The position numbers and the translations under genes were made by a program. Below, piece by piece: positions 63,572 to 64,000 of a stretch of 64,000 nt of DNA (its first letter is position 1; each line of letters starts with the position of its first letter). The stretch is from Raja brachyura (lineage: Eukaryota): positions 5,208,001 through 5,272,000 of the forward strand of contig OY740804.1 of assembly GCA_963514005.1 (NCBI GenBank), written 5' to 3'. The notes beneath the pieces were generated by a model that was given only the letters and a program-made list of their open reading frames with translations, was not told where the DNA came from and did no database searches.

Positions 63572-64000
63572 TTGCTTCTCTCCAGAGATGCCGCCTGACC
63601 CGCTGCGTTACTCCAGCATTTTGTGTCTATCAAAGACACACGGCACTCCCTCCACGCATTGCAATGGGAAATGTTGAACCTAAACCTCAGCACATTCAAA
63701 GAAAAAACCTGTGAAAGCCAGCCATTGGGTACAGGCGGGCATCTCAAATGAGGAAGCACCAGAGTGACTGTCCAATTTAGCATTTGGAGAAGTTGTGGTA
63801 AACTCTCCCTTCTGAGAAAAACCAGCTGCCTTACAACAGACTCTGCTGCTCGAGCTGTTCTCCACACCATGCTTTCCCCAGCCTCTGAGTTCTCATTCAA
63901 GGCATTTGTCTTGTGGCTTGTGAGCGGACCTGGACTGATCTGATAATGTGTCTCCACCCCAGCTCCTGAATCTGCAGAGTTTCACATGTGTTAGAGTCAT

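Larger units (their letters stand above)
43193..64000 (+). repeat. Plus-strand tandem segmental array, ~10 kb period (units D, C, E)
   Basis: Near-identical blocks at offsets 9,992 (tail exons) and 10,002 (leaders). Confidence 0.92.

Noticed and set aside
1-64000. Prokaryotic systems (CRISPR, retrons, operons)
   Set aside because: No repeat-spacer array. All RTs are eukaryotic non-LTR types and the genes are intron-containing.

Overview
Eukaryotic, repeat-rich DNA. The repeat landscape (CR1, Rex1/Babar, L1/Tx1, Penelope remnants, tRNA-SINEs, Tc1) suggests a cartilaginous fish, probably a skate or ray; this is inference. The ORF track hides the main content. By reading splice sites I reconstructed a cluster of multi-exon CD300/pIgR/TREM-like (MDIR-type) Ig-V immune receptor genes, each laid out as leader, Ig V, Ser/Thr stalk, Arg-containing TM and Tyr-containing tail. 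The cluster forms two oppositely oriented tandem arrays of ~10-12 kb units: a minus arm at ~9.3-27.3 kb and a plus arm at ~43.2-64 kb. A 16 kb stack of three L1 elements, one nested with a clean TSD, separates the arms. Two gene models are complete and in frame: gene B (minus, two Ig exons, 364 aa) and gene C (plus, one Ig exon, 261 aa). Also present are one pseudogene (D), one orphan tail exon, and two leader exons (A, E) whose Ig exons are not in the window. The Ig domains lack the family's C-C' disulfide and vary mainly in two loops. Intron 1 of four units carries a sense-strand, Penelope-derived minimal hammerhead ribozyme motif. Gene models come from manual reading without transcript evidence, and repeat boundaries are approximate.
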